Below, piece by piece: positions 1 to 9,487 of a stretch of 38,708 nt of DNA. The DNA comes from a virus (Duplodnaviria > Caudoviricetes). Positions within the stretch are counted from its first letter, which is position 1; each line of letters starts with the position of its first letter. The notes below the pieces were generated by a model. It did no database searches. It was not told the origin of the DNA and saw only the letters and a list, made by a program, of their open reading frames with translations. The stretch spans positions 1 through 38,708 of IMG/VR virus record IMGVR_UViG_3300023095_000006; one strand, 5' to 3'. The position numbers and the translations under genes are program-made.

Positions 1-311
1 CCATAAGCCGTGCCGCTAAAAAAGCCTGAATTAATCGTGCTAGCTAATCCTATTGACAGTTGTCCCTCTGAAATGCTCGTCTGTAATCCCATGGCGGGGT
101 TATTAGACAATGTCAAGTAATGCGCGAGCAGGTTAGCTAATGCTAACGCTGCACAGCATCCTAATGCCCTGTCATTGACTTGACAGCGTATAGAATCTAA
201 AATTAAATTATAGCTTGCCAGCTTGATCGGATCAGTGGTAGCTAACTGAGGCGCAATAACAAACAATATTGCGAGAACTTCATCATTTGTTATTGAACTT
301 GCGCAAGCCAT
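1..311 (-). CDS. Head-tail adaptor protein (DUF4054-like), 3' end truncated by window edge
   Basis: Not in ORF track. Read manually from ATG at 311: MACASSITNDEVLAILFVIAPQL...LLAHYLTL...SISEGQLSIG...GTAYG. The AHYLxL, SEGxLS and TxYG motifs and the position after the capsid genes fit DUF4054. Confidence 0.75.
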   Translation of the reverse strand, partial: MACASSITNDEVLAILFVIAPQLATTDPIKLASYNLILDSIRCQVNDRALGCCAALALANLLAHYLTLSNNPAMGLQTSISEGQLSIGLASTINSGFFSGTAY

Positions 312-320
312 AATTTAAGT

Positions 321-626
321 CTATTTTTTATTTTTATTAGAATCAGAGTCTTTTGAATCAGTTTCAGAGGCTTTTTTAGGCGCTTCTTTAGCTGATTCTT
401 TGACATCTTTTGCTTTTTTCGTTTCAATTTCTTCTTTAGGCGCCTCGGGCTTCTCTAGTGGAAAGCCTTTAGGCACCGATAAAATACCTTGTCGAATACG
501 ATAAGCAAAAGTAGGGGACTTCATTAATTCGTAGAAGTCCTCATCTGGCACTTCAGTGTAACCCATATTGAACCGGTACTTACCTATAATCAAGTAACTT
601 GAATTTTTTGATAAAACCTGAACCAT
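321..626 (-). CDS. Hypothetical protein, probably virion-associated, with K/E/S/D-rich C-terminal tail
   Basis: ORF 321..644; likely start is ATG 626, just after the capsid stop (628-630). Lies in the head operon. Confidence 0.6.
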   Translation of the reverse strand: MVQVLSKNSSYLIIGKYRFNMGYTEVPDEDFYELMKSPTFAYRIRQGILSVPKGFPLEKPEAPKEEIETKKAKDVKESAKEAPKKASETDSKDSDSNKNKK

Positions 627-627
627 A

Positions 628-1566
628 TTAGATACCTTCTCCAATTACCATTGACAATGGATAATAAATACGAACTCCACCGAATCGAGATTCACATGGA
701 ATCACAAATTCTAGATTACGCTCTTGCGGATTATGCTGCGTAAATGCCAATGGAATTTGCATTTCTAGATTAGTTCTAGAGCGGTTGTAAGCGATCATGA
801 CATCAGCACCGTTGACACCTGCGCCGGAAAGCTGAGGCATCCAGTCAACAGTGGTAATGAACTGATTATTCAATAAAAAGAATTGAAGAATAGTCATATC
901 GCCGATATTAGATCTAGGAGTAGAAGCGATAAGCGTGTACTGCTCAAGAGGCAATAAGAGCGTATCAGGCACTTCAACACCATTTGAATTTACGACGATT
1001 TGATTAGCAATCAAATTCAGGTCGCGCAAAATCTGCTCAGGCGTTTTAGTGCTCCAAAGAGTTGATGCACCTACGCCATCAGCTGGCACAGTGACAACAG
1101 GCACGTTCGGGTTATTGACTAATCCGTAAAGACCCGCTTGAGTGTCACCTGAAATAGCAAGATCGTTAATTTTCTGATCATTAGCCATGCGAGCTGCTTC
1201 AGCTAAACGCGTAGGCAATGGTAGATTAGCCATCCTTGCTGCGCGAATCTCTTGATGTGAATAACGATAGCTAGTACCGATACCCATTACACGAGATGTC
1301 AATTGAGTTCCTAGGATTCCTGCTTCTGGCAGATCATCAGCATATGAATTGATAATTCTAGCACGTCCGACAGACTGAAAACCAGTCGCGCTTACAAATT
1401 CAGCACCCGGATCAATGTTGTAATTGATCGGAATATACTGAAATGCTTTCATCTGAGGATATTTAAAATTATATACCTCTGCCTGTACAAACTCTAGCTG
1501 TGTAGCAAAAAATACATCGCCGACATCATCGAGATTTACAGATTTGAAACCTTCTTTCTTAAACAT
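628..1566 (-). CDS. Major capsid protein (DUF2184, HK97 fold)
   Basis: 312 aa; QLEFVQAEVY, YRYSHQEIRAA, GLVNNPNV, PDTLLLP and SRFGGVRIYYP motifs; follows the protease and decoration genes. Confidence 0.92.
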   Translation of the reverse strand: MFKKEGFKSVNLDDVGDVFFATQLEFVQAEVYNFKYPQMKAFQYIPINYNIDPGAEFVSATGFQSVGRARIINSYADDLPEAGILGTQLTSRVMGIGTSYRYSHQEIRAARMANLPLPTRLAEAARMANDQKINDLAISGDTQAGLYGLVNNPNVPVVTVPADGVGASTLWSTKTPEQILRDLNLIANQIVVNSNGVEVPDTLLLPLEQYTLIASTPRSNIGDMTILQFFLLNNQFITTVDWMPQLSGAGVNGADVMIAYNRSRTNLEMQIPLAFTQHNPQERNLEFVIPCESRFGGVRIYYPLSMVIGEGI

Positions 1567-1581
1567 TTGTTCTCTCTCCGA

Positions 1582-2406
1582 TTATGGGATATTTAATTCG
1601 ATTACAGCAATTCCGCCGATTACTTGATTTGACTCTCTCCAAATTGCTTGAGTGGCAGGAATCAAAATAGTATTTCCGCCGTCTGACACACTTGTAAACG
1701 CTCCAAGCTGAGTGTTTGCACCGTTTGCAGCTACACGCAGATAAACTGCACTGTTTGCAGTAACAACCACTTCGGGCACAACGTAGATACGGCCTTGCGT
1801 TAGTGTAGGAGCCACTTGACCTTTATAGTAAGGAGAAGGCAGGCCGCTAGTAACAGTCAAGTTTTGGCCTTGTGGTGGTATCCAGTTGGCAGTTTGGTTA
1901 TAAATTCTTTGAGTAATCCCAAAAAATGTGCCTGAAACACCCGCTGCATTCGTAGTAGTTGGCTGTGATGCGCCTCCGGTAACTGCTGAGCTAGTGATAA
2001 CTGTTGCTGTGCCGGGAGAGCTAATAATTGTTAAAACTAGATTTCCTGAACCACCAACAATTGCTGACTCAACACCTGCAATCTGTGATAGCTCGCCTGC
2101 AATTGCTTGCATAGTCGCTAAATGTGATGTCGCATATGTGACAGGAGCAATAGCAACACCGTTTACAGTTGCGTTAAAAACGTTTCCTGTAATTAAAGCA
2201 GTGCTAAGCGTGATCGTGCCTGTGTTGATGCGTGGGAGCATAATTGCGTATTCTGCATTCAATGGGCGCATAACGCCTAATGCCGCAGGAATTGTCTCAA
2301 GGCAGACAGGAGATAGTTTGTTGTTAAATCCGCAATCTGCTGGACGTCCAGGGACGCCAATTGGCATATTGTAGGGATAACTATTTTGAAATGATGCATT
2401 ATTCAT
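1582..2406 (-). CDS. Capsid decoration/cement protein with an inserted ~95-aa domain
   Basis: Lies between protease and capsid. GVPGRPAD, FFGIT and GRIYV..VYLR motifs are typical of decoration proteins. Residues ~59-156 are an insertion. Confidence 0.75.
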   Translation of the reverse strand: MNNASFQNSYPYNMPIGVPGRPADCGFNNKLSPVCLETIPAALGVMRPLNAEYAIMLPRINTGTITLSTALITGNVFNATVNGVAIAPVTYATSHLATMQAIAGELSQIAGVESAIVGGSGNLVLTIISSPGTATVITSSAVTGGASQPTTTNAAGVSGTFFGITQRIYNQTANWIPPQGQNLTVTSGLPSPYYKGQVAPTLTQGRIYVVPEVVVTANSAVYLRVAANGANTQLGAFTSVSDGGNTILIPATQAIWRESNQVIGGIAVIELNIP

Positions 2407-2421
2407 CTGATATGCCCTCTG

Positions 2422-3591
2422 TTATTTGCATAGTTGCGATTGATTTTTGATCATATTTGCTCTCGCATCTACTGCAAGATAACCAGTTGTTTGAGCATCA
2501 GCACGGCCTAGCGCTACGCTTGATGAAACATTGTCGCAATTTACTTTTTTGCTAGTCGATTTCTCGTCTACGATAGTGTCAAACATCGCTTCTACATAAA
2601 TGTCGCTTTTTCCATCTAAATTAATCGATTTGCGGCATTCTGAAATGATCGTTTTTTTAATATCGATTGCATTCATAGAATCTAGATTTGAAGTTTTTGC
2701 TTTTCCTAGCGTCTGTTCTGCAAATTGATAAAGCTTAATTCTTTCATTAACAGCTTTTTTAAATGCTGCTGAATCCATATTAGTGCTCATATTCATCATT
2801 GCTGAGGATTTAACTCTATCGCGCATTGAGTCGCGTTCAGCTTCTGAGCGTTCAAGCTCTTTTCTAGCATTTGCTAGCTCTGCTTTTTGCTCGTCTAGTT
2901 CGCGTCGTACGCGTTCCATTTCGTCCGTTAAATTACGTACGTTTGCTTCTAAATGATCGATATGATCGGCAGCGCTTTCTTCAATGAAAAGCTCGTCATT
3001 ATCAATTTTAATTTTACGTTTTGCCATTTCTGGAACCTCTTTTATAAATTCTTCTGCATCTAAACTATCTAGAGCTATGCGCGCTTCAGAGCCTGCGCGG
3101 GCTTTATCAACTATAGCGAGATGATTATAGCGTACATTCGTTTGTCTAGCATCGTAATCATCGCCATTATAGTTTCCGGGCGTTTCATCTAAATCAACTA
3201 GATAGCCTAGTGATAGCTCGCGACGATTATTATTTTTTATTGCATTAACTGTCTCATGATCTGTAATTACCATGTTTGCTAATACAAAGTCGCCATTTTT
3301 TTTGATTGTTTCGCCTGTAAAACCGACAGCTAGTCGTTTGTAGTTTTCGGCTGTGACTAGTCTTTCGTTTGGATGGCCGTTAGTGACAGGTATTAACTGC
3401 ATAGAAGAAATGCTTTCATCGTTCCATACGTCGTCCGGGTGTCTTAGCTCGCGTCGTAAAGATCCGTCAGCATTGCGATAATTGAAAATGCCTGTACGCG
3501 TCACGATAGCATTTGCGCGTATGTAGCCTTCTTCAGTGATAACAGCATCGCCTTGGACTGAACCGCGATCGAATCTCGCTACATCTTTCAT
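2422..3591 (-). CDS. Prohead protease/scaffold (DUF2213)
   Basis: TEEGYI, RTGIFNY, PVTNGHP, ELSLGY and YNHLAIVDKARAG motifs; coiled-coil C-terminal scaffold region. Confidence 0.92.
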   Translation of the reverse strand: MKDVARFDRGSVQGDAVITEEGYIRANAIVTRTGIFNYRNADGSLRRELRHPDDVWNDESISSMQLIPVTNGHPNERLVTAENYKRLAVGFTGETIKKNGDFVLANMVITDHETVNAIKNNNRRELSLGYLVDLDETPGNYNGDDYDARQTNVRYNHLAIVDKARAGSEARIALDSLDAEEFIKEVPEMAKRKIKIDNDELFIEESAADHIDHLEANVRNLTDEMERVRRELDEQKAELANARKELERSEAERDSMRDRVKSSAMMNMSTNMDSAAFKKAVNERIKLYQFAEQTLGKAKTSNLDSMNAIDIKKTIISECRKSINLDGKSDIYVEAMFDTIVDEKSTSKKVNCDNVSSSVALGRADAQTTGYLAVDARANMIKNQSQLCK

Positions 3592-3617
3592 TGATAATCC
3601 TGAATGATTATGCTAGT

Positions 3618-4577
3618 TTAAAGACCATCAAATACGCCCTCAAGTATACCCAGAGGGACACAACGACACTGAACGTCTTGTGAAGTATGCGATAAAGTTC
3701 CGCCGATCGTTGAGCGATTTTCCCATTTCTGAGACTGCTCATTAAAATAAACGGTAGGATCAGACCAACGGCATCTTTTGCCTTGCATTACTCTATGATC
3801 AGCTCGCACGCGTTCATCATTAGACGTCTGCCATATGTAATCGGTCACACCTAGCTCGGTTTGACGCAATTTAGTAAGCGAGCCGTTGAGCTTAGTTGTT
3901 TGATCCCTTGCAATCAACTTAGCATGCCTTCTAGTAATTCCAAAAGATTTTTCTATATCATCTGTAATATAGTCTAAACTTGAACCTTCCTGCAAACCAC
4001 GTTGAATGATTCCACTGACTCGTTCTAGCTCATTTTCAGTCATATTATCGATTAATTGCGCATTTTGATTAGCGAATAGCTCTAGCTGAGTTTCTAGCCA
4101 TGGCTCTTCTAGAAATATGTCTACGCCTAGGACTGAATTAGTAGTTTTTCTGTACTGAACTTGATTGAATCGAGCAATTTGCAAAGCTATGACAGTTGAT
4201 GAATTGATAGCGCGCGACTGCGGTTGCTCTAATAGCTGAGCAATAATTAGCAGTGTGTCATTGAGATCGCCAATTATGTCATCTATTAGTGAATCCATAT
4301 TTGAGAGCTTGCGATTAGCTGCTAGCTCTGCCGGTGTTGAAATGACTGGATCAGGATTATGAATCGTTGCGCCGAGTAGCCAGCCTGGGATTTTCGGCAA
4401 TAGCTGTTCTGAAATAGTTTTACGAATCTGAAAAGTATAAGCGTAAAGCGAGGCGATATATTCTCGCTCTGAAGCATGCGGGAACAACCATTTCGGCGAG
4501 TGTTTGAACTTTTTTAGCTGTCCATTCTTCTTTGTGTGTCGAGCTTTTAGCTGAGCTAGAAATGTTTTTGAAGGCAT
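3618..4577 (-). CDS. Minor head morphogenesis protein (Mu gpF / SPP1 gp7 family)
   Basis: AKLIARDQTTKLNG, YIWQTSNDERVRADH and QCRC motifs. Start moved to ATG 4577 because a small upstream ORF ends at 4582. Confidence 0.9.
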   Translation of the reverse strand: MPSKTFLAQLKARHTKKNGQLKKFKHSPKWLFPHASEREYIASLYAYTFQIRKTISEQLLPKIPGWLLGATIHNPDPVISTPAELAANRKLSNMDSLIDDIIGDLNDTLLIIAQLLEQPQSRAINSSTVIALQIARFNQVQYRKTTNSVLGVDIFLEEPWLETQLELFANQNAQLIDNMTENELERVSGIIQRGLQEGSSLDYITDDIEKSFGITRRHAKLIARDQTTKLNGSLTKLRQTELGVTDYIWQTSNDERVRADHRVMQGKRCRWSDPTVYFNEQSQKWENRSTIGGTLSHTSQDVQCRCVPLGILEGVFDGL

Positions 4578-4581
4578 AAAA

Positions 4582-4746
4582 TTACGGGGTAGTGAGAAAT
4601 GGCACTTCTTTAGTTTCTCGCGAGATGAATTCACTAGGATCTTCATTTAGCCAGTTGTATGCGTACTGATAATCCTGCGTAACTGCAACTATACGCATAC
4701 GAGCATCACAGCCATTAAGATAATATTCTATGAGAACTATTGCCAT
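4582..4746 (-). CDS. Small hypothetical protein (54 aa)
   Basis: Not in ORF track. MAIVLIEYYLNGCDARMRIVAVTQDYQYAYNWLNEDPSEFISRETKEVPFLTTP fills the gap tightly (3 nt after the previous stop, 4 nt before the next ATG). Confidence 0.6.
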   Translation of the reverse strand: MAIVLIEYYLNGCDARMRIVAVTQDYQYAYNWLNEDPSEFISRETKEVPFLTTP

Positions 4747-4749
4747 TCT

Positions 4750-5058
4750 TTAAACTTTTTGTTTTTGTAAAAAATCCCATGCACGATCTATTGCATAACG
4801 GAAAGATAGAATTTTATTTTCCAATTCACAGATAAATTGAATGATTGAGCTCATAAAAAGCATTTTTAATTCATATGAATATATCTTGCCGTCCTTAAAT
4901 TCTTTAAAATTTATAGAGCAATATTCATGAATTTTACCCGTACAATCAGTGATATAAATTTCATAAATGTTTTCATCTGCTTGAGAGTCATCAATTTCAT
5001 AAGAAATAATGTGATCTAAATTATAAAATTTGCCGGTCTGTGCTTCAATTATTCTCAC
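4750..5058 (-). CDS. Hypothetical protein, AT-rich insertion in head module
   Basis: 102-aa ORF with GTG start immediately after the portal stop. Confidence 0.65.
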   Translation of the reverse strand: MRIIEAQTGKFYNLDHIISYEIDDSQADENIYEIYITDCTGKIHEYCSINFKEFKDGKIYSYELKMLFMSSIIQFICELENKILSFRYAIDRAWDFLQKQKV

Positions 5059-5061
5059 TTC

Positions 5062-6531
5062 CTATCTCACTACAATTATTTCGTTATCATCGTCATCGCT
5101 AGGCCCGATAGCAGCTTCAGGCGGCATTTCTTTAATCTCTTGCGCTTTCTGATATTCAAGATCTGCGATTTCATCAGGGTCGTAGCCATTTTCACGAGCT
5201 TTGACATCGATTAGCGTATTCATTGACCAGCGATCGCCACCGAAGCGAGAAATAGCTACTTCATTTGCGTCGAGCACTCCACGATCAATATAAATCGCAT
5301 CTGTTTCAGCAACTGTGCGACGCATCGCTGCTTCTTGCTCTTCTGTATTCTGCCAGAGCGGTGCGAATTGAATTGACCAGTTTTCAGGCTCAACGCCGTT
5401 GAATGGCCCGTTGATTGAGCGCATTAAATAGTAAGTGAGCTTCTCAAGCACAGGTTTGAGCTTCATTTCTTGATATTGTTTAATCATATCATAGTAATTT
5501 CGTGTCTCTGAATCTCCTGTAGCATTAAGTCCGGCAGGGGAGCGACCAAAAAGCAGTGTTGCAGGTATTCCAGTGACTGAACAGACTGAAAGCATAAAAC
5601 GATCAAGCATTTCGCTAAGACCCGCTACGTTCGTAGATAGCTTCTCGAATGATTCCTCACCGTCCAAAACCATCATTCCTTGCGCACCTTTTGTCATATT
5701 AGCAAAATTAAGCCTGCGCATTAACAGATTTTCATTTTCGCTGCATGATGTTGATATCATCTGACTAAGGCCGGGGATTTTTATGACTCCATTTACGAAG
5801 TCGTGCATGATCGTGGACATATTTCCGAAAGCTGCACCCAGATTTTTGAGTTCTTCGTAAATCGGAACGATTGCAGAATCACACCAGCCGTTATTGCGAT
5901 TACGCTCGCGCGGTGACAATGTGCCCCAATCCATGCGCAATATACGACTGTGATGCACTAGAAACGTGTTTCCAGTCCATGAGTCATTAATTTGATAAAA
6001 ATCCGGACAACCATAATTGCAGCTATTGAAATCATTGCAGATATAATCACGTTGAACAACACATTGATAGCGGTCATACACTTGCATCCATGCGATTTCT
6101 TGAATGTTATTTTCATTTACAGGCATGTCAAGAGGCCTGCCATCCACAATGCCTAACAGAATAACTGCGCCACCGTAGAGCCTAGACCACTGGATTAATT
6201 GAGTGATTTTAGAGTAGGCTTGCATTTCTTCGAGCTGTGAAACAATGGCACCTTCGGGGTCTCCATCAACCTCCCATCCTTGCCTTGTCATATCACTAGC
6301 AACAATGTCAATAATGCGCCGTGTGATACCGCTTGCAGCATATAAATCATCAAGCTCAATCAATGAAAATACTCTGCAGGCTGCGAAAAATGTTCCAGTG
6401 GCTTTATCGCGTCCGCCTTGACCGAGTCCGGTATAACCGTTCATCCATGAGTCAGAACGTATGCGCTCGACTTTCGTATCGATCGATTTTGCGCGACTAA
6501 ACATCTGTTTAATTTGATTGAACATTATCAC
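5062..6531 (-). CDS. Portal protein (DUF1073)
   Basis: 489 aa after terminase; DSWMNGYTGLG, WSRLYGGA, VHHSRIL and IPATLLFGRSPAGLNATGDSE motifs. Confidence 0.92.
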   Translation of the reverse strand: MIMFNQIKQMFSRAKSIDTKVERIRSDSWMNGYTGLGQGGRDKATGTFFAACRVFSLIELDDLYAASGITRRIIDIVASDMTRQGWEVDGDPEGAIVSQLEEMQAYSKITQLIQWSRLYGGAVILLGIVDGRPLDMPVNENNIQEIAWMQVYDRYQCVVQRDYICNDFNSCNYGCPDFYQINDSWTGNTFLVHHSRILRMDWGTLSPRERNRNNGWCDSAIVPIYEELKNLGAAFGNMSTIMHDFVNGVIKIPGLSQMISTSCSENENLLMRRLNFANMTKGAQGMMVLDGEESFEKLSTNVAGLSEMLDRFMLSVCSVTGIPATLLFGRSPAGLNATGDSETRNYYDMIKQYQEMKLKPVLEKLTYYLMRSINGPFNGVEPENWSIQFAPLWQNTEEQEAAMRRTVAETDAIYIDRGVLDANEVAISRFGGDRWSMNTLIDVKARENGYDPDEIADLEYQKAQEIKEMPPEAAIGPSDDDDNEIIVVR

Positions 6532-7883
6532 CTTGCTAGTGCAGCTAGATTATAGCTCGGTTCGTTTATCATCATGAATGCGCCTGACAAGCTGTCGATT
6601 TGATCATCGTGAGAACCTTCAGGGAAGTTTTCAATCTCTTTAAAAAATTCATCATTCCACGCAGCTCGCAGTACTTTTATGTTTCCCGCTTCTGCTTGAG
6701 CGCTCACGGGTTTAGCGCGCGTAACTTTGTCTTTAGTGACTCGATTACGCTTCACATTAAAGCCTTGTAAAAAGCGCGTGAGATGCTCTGCTTCGCTTAT
6801 TCCAGCCTGACCCGGGTCTTCCTCAATACCTATGCGCACATTAATTCCGTCGCGTATCGCTGTATTTCTGATCACAGTCTGAACGCCAAGGGGACTATCT
6901 TGAATCCTTACAATATCAGTTATATATAAAATATTGTTAGCATCTTTTTCTAGCTTTATTCCTACGGTAAAATCAGGATCGTTAGTTTCTGTTTTTCTTG
7001 TAGCTGCTCTATCCCAATAGCGGATTTTCTCTTTAGTGAGGGGAATTGCATCTATGATTTCGAAGTAGCCTTTTTTAAAATAAAGGCCAGCGCTTGGCTT
7101 TATGTTCCAATTTCCATTTAGCAGGCGTTCTCGCTCTACTCGTGATAATGCATGAAGATTAGCTAAATATCCTGGATCAACTTCTAAAAGTTTTTTATTA
7201 TCAAAAATAGAACCAGGAATAAAAGTAAAAGATTTGGGCAAACAATCAGGGTATTTTTCCTGAAGCTCTTCTTTAGAATCCGCCCATAGCATTTTATCAT
7301 TTAGCATGATAAACCATCTAAGCACTCCAGAACGTGCGGGGATTGCATAGCCCGTTTCTGGATCTATCCACCAATCAACTAGCTCTCTAACCCATGAGTC
7401 TGCATCAGGGTTACAGGTAGCTCGTACATATGGTTTAACGCCACACATTGACCGGTTTCTTGAGAGCATGTAAAAAAATTGATTTCTTGAAAAATGTGTT
7501 AATTCGTCAAAAATTAACAATGTGATTTGCGAGCCCTGCCACCCGTAAATGTCTGATTCATGATCGAGATGACTATATTTATAATGAGCCCCACTAGGAA
7601 AATTCCATTCCAGGGTTGTTTCTTTTGGCACTCCTCCGAAATCTCGAAACATTTCTTGTGAGCCTTGCCAAAGTCCTCCCGGACTTTTGAGCTGAACCGC
7701 GTTTTTTCTAAAAATAGCGCATGTGAATCCAGGCTTATCATGATTCCAAAGACTTTCTAGAAGTAAGCAATAAGTTTTCCCAACGCCAGCGCCACCACCC
7801 ATTAGGCAGATTTGAGCTTTAGTTTTTAATGCTTCTGTTTGAGGGCCGGGCTGAGGTCGATAAACTTTTCTATCTTTCGCCAT
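6528..7883 (-). CDS. terL: Terminase large subunit
   Basis: PQPGPQ, Walker A GGGAGVGKT, Walker B LIFDELTHF, TCNP, and nuclease motifs WDRAA and HDDQIDS. Confidence 0.95.
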   Translation of the reverse strand: MAKDRKVYRPQPGPQTEALKTKAQICLMGGGAGVGKTYCLLLESLWNHDKPGFTCAIFRKNAVQLKSPGGLWQGSQEMFRDFGGVPKETTLEWNFPSGAHYKYSHLDHESDIYGWQGSQITLLIFDELTHFSRNQFFYMLSRNRSMCGVKPYVRATCNPDADSWVRELVDWWIDPETGYAIPARSGVLRWFIMLNDKMLWADSKEELQEKYPDCLPKSFTFIPGSIFDNKKLLEVDPGYLANLHALSRVERERLLNGNWNIKPSAGLYFKKGYFEIIDAIPLTKEKIRYWDRAATRKTETNDPDFTVGIKLEKDANNILYITDIVRIQDSPLGVQTVIRNTAIRDGINVRIGIEEDPGQAGISEAEHLTRFLQGFNVKRNRVTKDKVTRAKPVSAQAEAGNIKVLRAAWNDEFFKEIENFPEGSHDDQIDSLSGAFMMINEPSYNLAALAR

Positions 7884-8391
7884 TGTCGGGAAGCTCTAAA
7901 ATAGCTTTTTGTGAAATTTCAACTGTGGAATTCATATCCACTCTTTCTCGATTTCCCCATTTCTCAGGATTTTTACGCGCTAGGTATTCTTTACCCGCTT
8001 GCCAGTTTCCAGGAATGCAATCTCTCCAATGCTGTAAAATCTCATCTTCACATGCTGACTCTGCTTTTTCAACGGCGTCCAGAAATATTAAATATTTACA
8101 GGTATGCTGAGAGGCTTCTCTTGATTCTCTACCCTTTCTAGTCCATGCACAGAAGCTAGAATATGAAATATTTGCTAACATACATGAATTTTCGTAGGTA
8201 TTTCCACGTCGAATAGCTGCAATAATTATAGGAGCTTTTTCTTCTAATTTTGAAGGCTGCCCAACGGGTTTAGCAAATAAAGAAGTATCGCGCTTTACCT
8301 TAATTCCCTTTAATGCGGAAGGTGGTTTGTCTTTTTTTGCTGTGACTTTGACTTCTTCATTAATTTTAGGTTTTAGCTTTGGCTTGGCCAT
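7870..8391 (-). CDS. terS: Terminase small subunit
   Basis: Immediately upstream of terL; GQPSKL, HTH-like segment and WQAGKEYLARKNPEKWG motif. Confidence 0.85.
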   Translation of the reverse strand: MAKPKLKPKINEEVKVTAKKDKPPSALKGIKVKRDTSLFAKPVGQPSKLEEKAPIIIAAIRRGNTYENSCMLANISYSSFCAWTRKGRESREASQHTCKYLIFLDAVEKAESACEDEILQHWRDCIPGNWQAGKEYLARKNPEKWGNRERVDMNSTVEISQKAILELPDNGER

Positions 8392-8461
8392 TTTTTGCCT
8401 TAATAGATAAAATTAATTTAACTACATTTGAGGGTATTTTTATTGCCAGACATGAAGATAT

Positions 8462-8887
8462 TCATAGAGAAACTTCCATCATGTCATAAGTTTTAGAATA
8501 TTCTTTATATACTTGATGAATATTCCACAGATGCTGAGGTATGCAAAAACAATTTTCTAAACAATCAAATGAATTAAAAAAATCAATATATCCAAGGTAA
8601 TATAAATTATTATTATTATCTTTAACTTTATAAAATCCTATTTCAATTTCTGACATATCTGCGATTTCTTCATCAAATTTTTTGTATTGAAATTTTTGTG
8701 ATGTATACGGTTTTGAACTATGACTGCAAATGCAGTATCTTTTTAAAAAATGCTCAATGCCTGTATTAACAGGCCATGAAAAAAAAGCAAATGAATCTGA
8801 ACTTAGAATTGGAATCATAACTTTATCATCATCTTCAGCTTCTGAAAAAAAGACTTTTTGAATTAGATTTATCAATTTACAACTCAT
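8462..8887 (-). CDS. Hypothetical protein
   Basis: 141-aa AT-rich ORF coupled to the upstream gene by a 4-nt overlap. Confidence 0.55.
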   Translation of the reverse strand: MSCKLINLIQKVFFSEAEDDDKVMIPILSSDSFAFFSWPVNTGIEHFLKRYCICSHSSKPYTSQKFQYKKFDEEIADMSEIEIGFYKVKDNNNNLYYLGYIDFFNSFDCLENCFCIPQHLWNIHQVYKEYSKTYDMMEVSL

Positions 8888-9150
8888 TTTTCTTTTGAGA
8901 TTTTTAAATATAATTCTGAGTTTCTTTTAATGCCACAAAGTCTTTGCTTATGCTCAAAGTCTTTCTGAGCTGAAAGCGGATCATAAATTTTATGGCTTCC
9001 GAGTCTATTCGCTTCTCTTCTGATTACTGATTTACATCTACCAATGCTTTTGCTCATTTCGCCATAACTAAGATGGTGAGCGATGCCTTCAGCGATTTTT
9101 ATTCGTTCTTCAATTGTCAGGGGATTTCTCACTTTGAATTGAAAAACCAT
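8884..9150 (-). CDS. Stand-alone IS30-type HTH (HTH_38-like) DNA-binding protein
   Basis: LTIEERIKI..LSYGEMSKSIGRCKSVIRREANR..YDPLSAQ matches the IS30 N-terminal HTH; no DDE domain follows. Confidence 0.75.
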   Translation of the reverse strand: MVFQFKVRNPLTIEERIKIAEGIAHHLSYGEMSKSIGRCKSVIRREANRLGSHKIYDPLSAQKDFEHKQRLCGIKRNSELYLKISKEK

Positions 9151-9151
9151 A

Positions 9152-9487
9152 TCAGCCTATTATTTCATAAATTTCGAAAGCATTTTTAACGACTTCAATT
9201 TTGATCTTGTAAATCTCTTCAACTTGCAATCTTTTCATTTTTCCGATAGCAAGATCTTTGCCCTTTGCTTCTATGAAGATTACGCCTTTTTCGCTAAATA
9301 TTGCAAAATCGATCTTATGAATGAAAGGGCCGGGCAGATCGAATGCGACTTGACGTAAGAAAAAATCTATTTTCTTATCTTTTACAGCTTGCTGTAGTAC
9401 TAGATAGCAATTGCGTTCAAGCAGTGATGGGAATTTTATGCCTTCGCTTTCGCATCGCTTAGCTTTGTATTTGCTAGACATCTTCAT
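9152..9487 (-). CDS. PD-(D/E)xK endonuclease, DUF1064-like (possible Holliday junction resolvase)
   Basis: KYKAK..GIKFPSLLE..RQVAFDL..IDF..IEAKG motifs. Confidence 0.8.
   Translation of the reverse strand: MKMSSKYKAKRCESEGIKFPSLLERNCYLVLQQAVKDKKIDFFLRQVAFDLPGPFIHKIDFAIFSEKGVIFIEAKGKDLAIGKMKRLQVEEIYKIKIEVVKNAFEIYEIIG

Noticed and set aside
628-1566. Encapsulin-like shell protein
   Set aside because: It sits in a complete head module with terminase, portal and protease, so it is the phage capsid.
1928-2374. Plus-strand ORFs antisense to structural genes (also 5573, 7829, 7911, 23734-25187, 28380, 29956, 31561, 32479, 33580, 33970, 34370, 36076-37774)
   Set aside because: They are shadow frames of well-supported minus-strand genes, with no recognisable motifs.
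5062-6531. DUF1073 proteins are sometimes labelled anti-CBASS Acb1
   Set aside because: Size, motifs and position between terL and gpF identify a portal; no 2H phosphoesterase domain is evident.
8884-9150. IS30 insertion sequence
   Set aside because: No DDE domain, terminal inverted repeats or target duplication.
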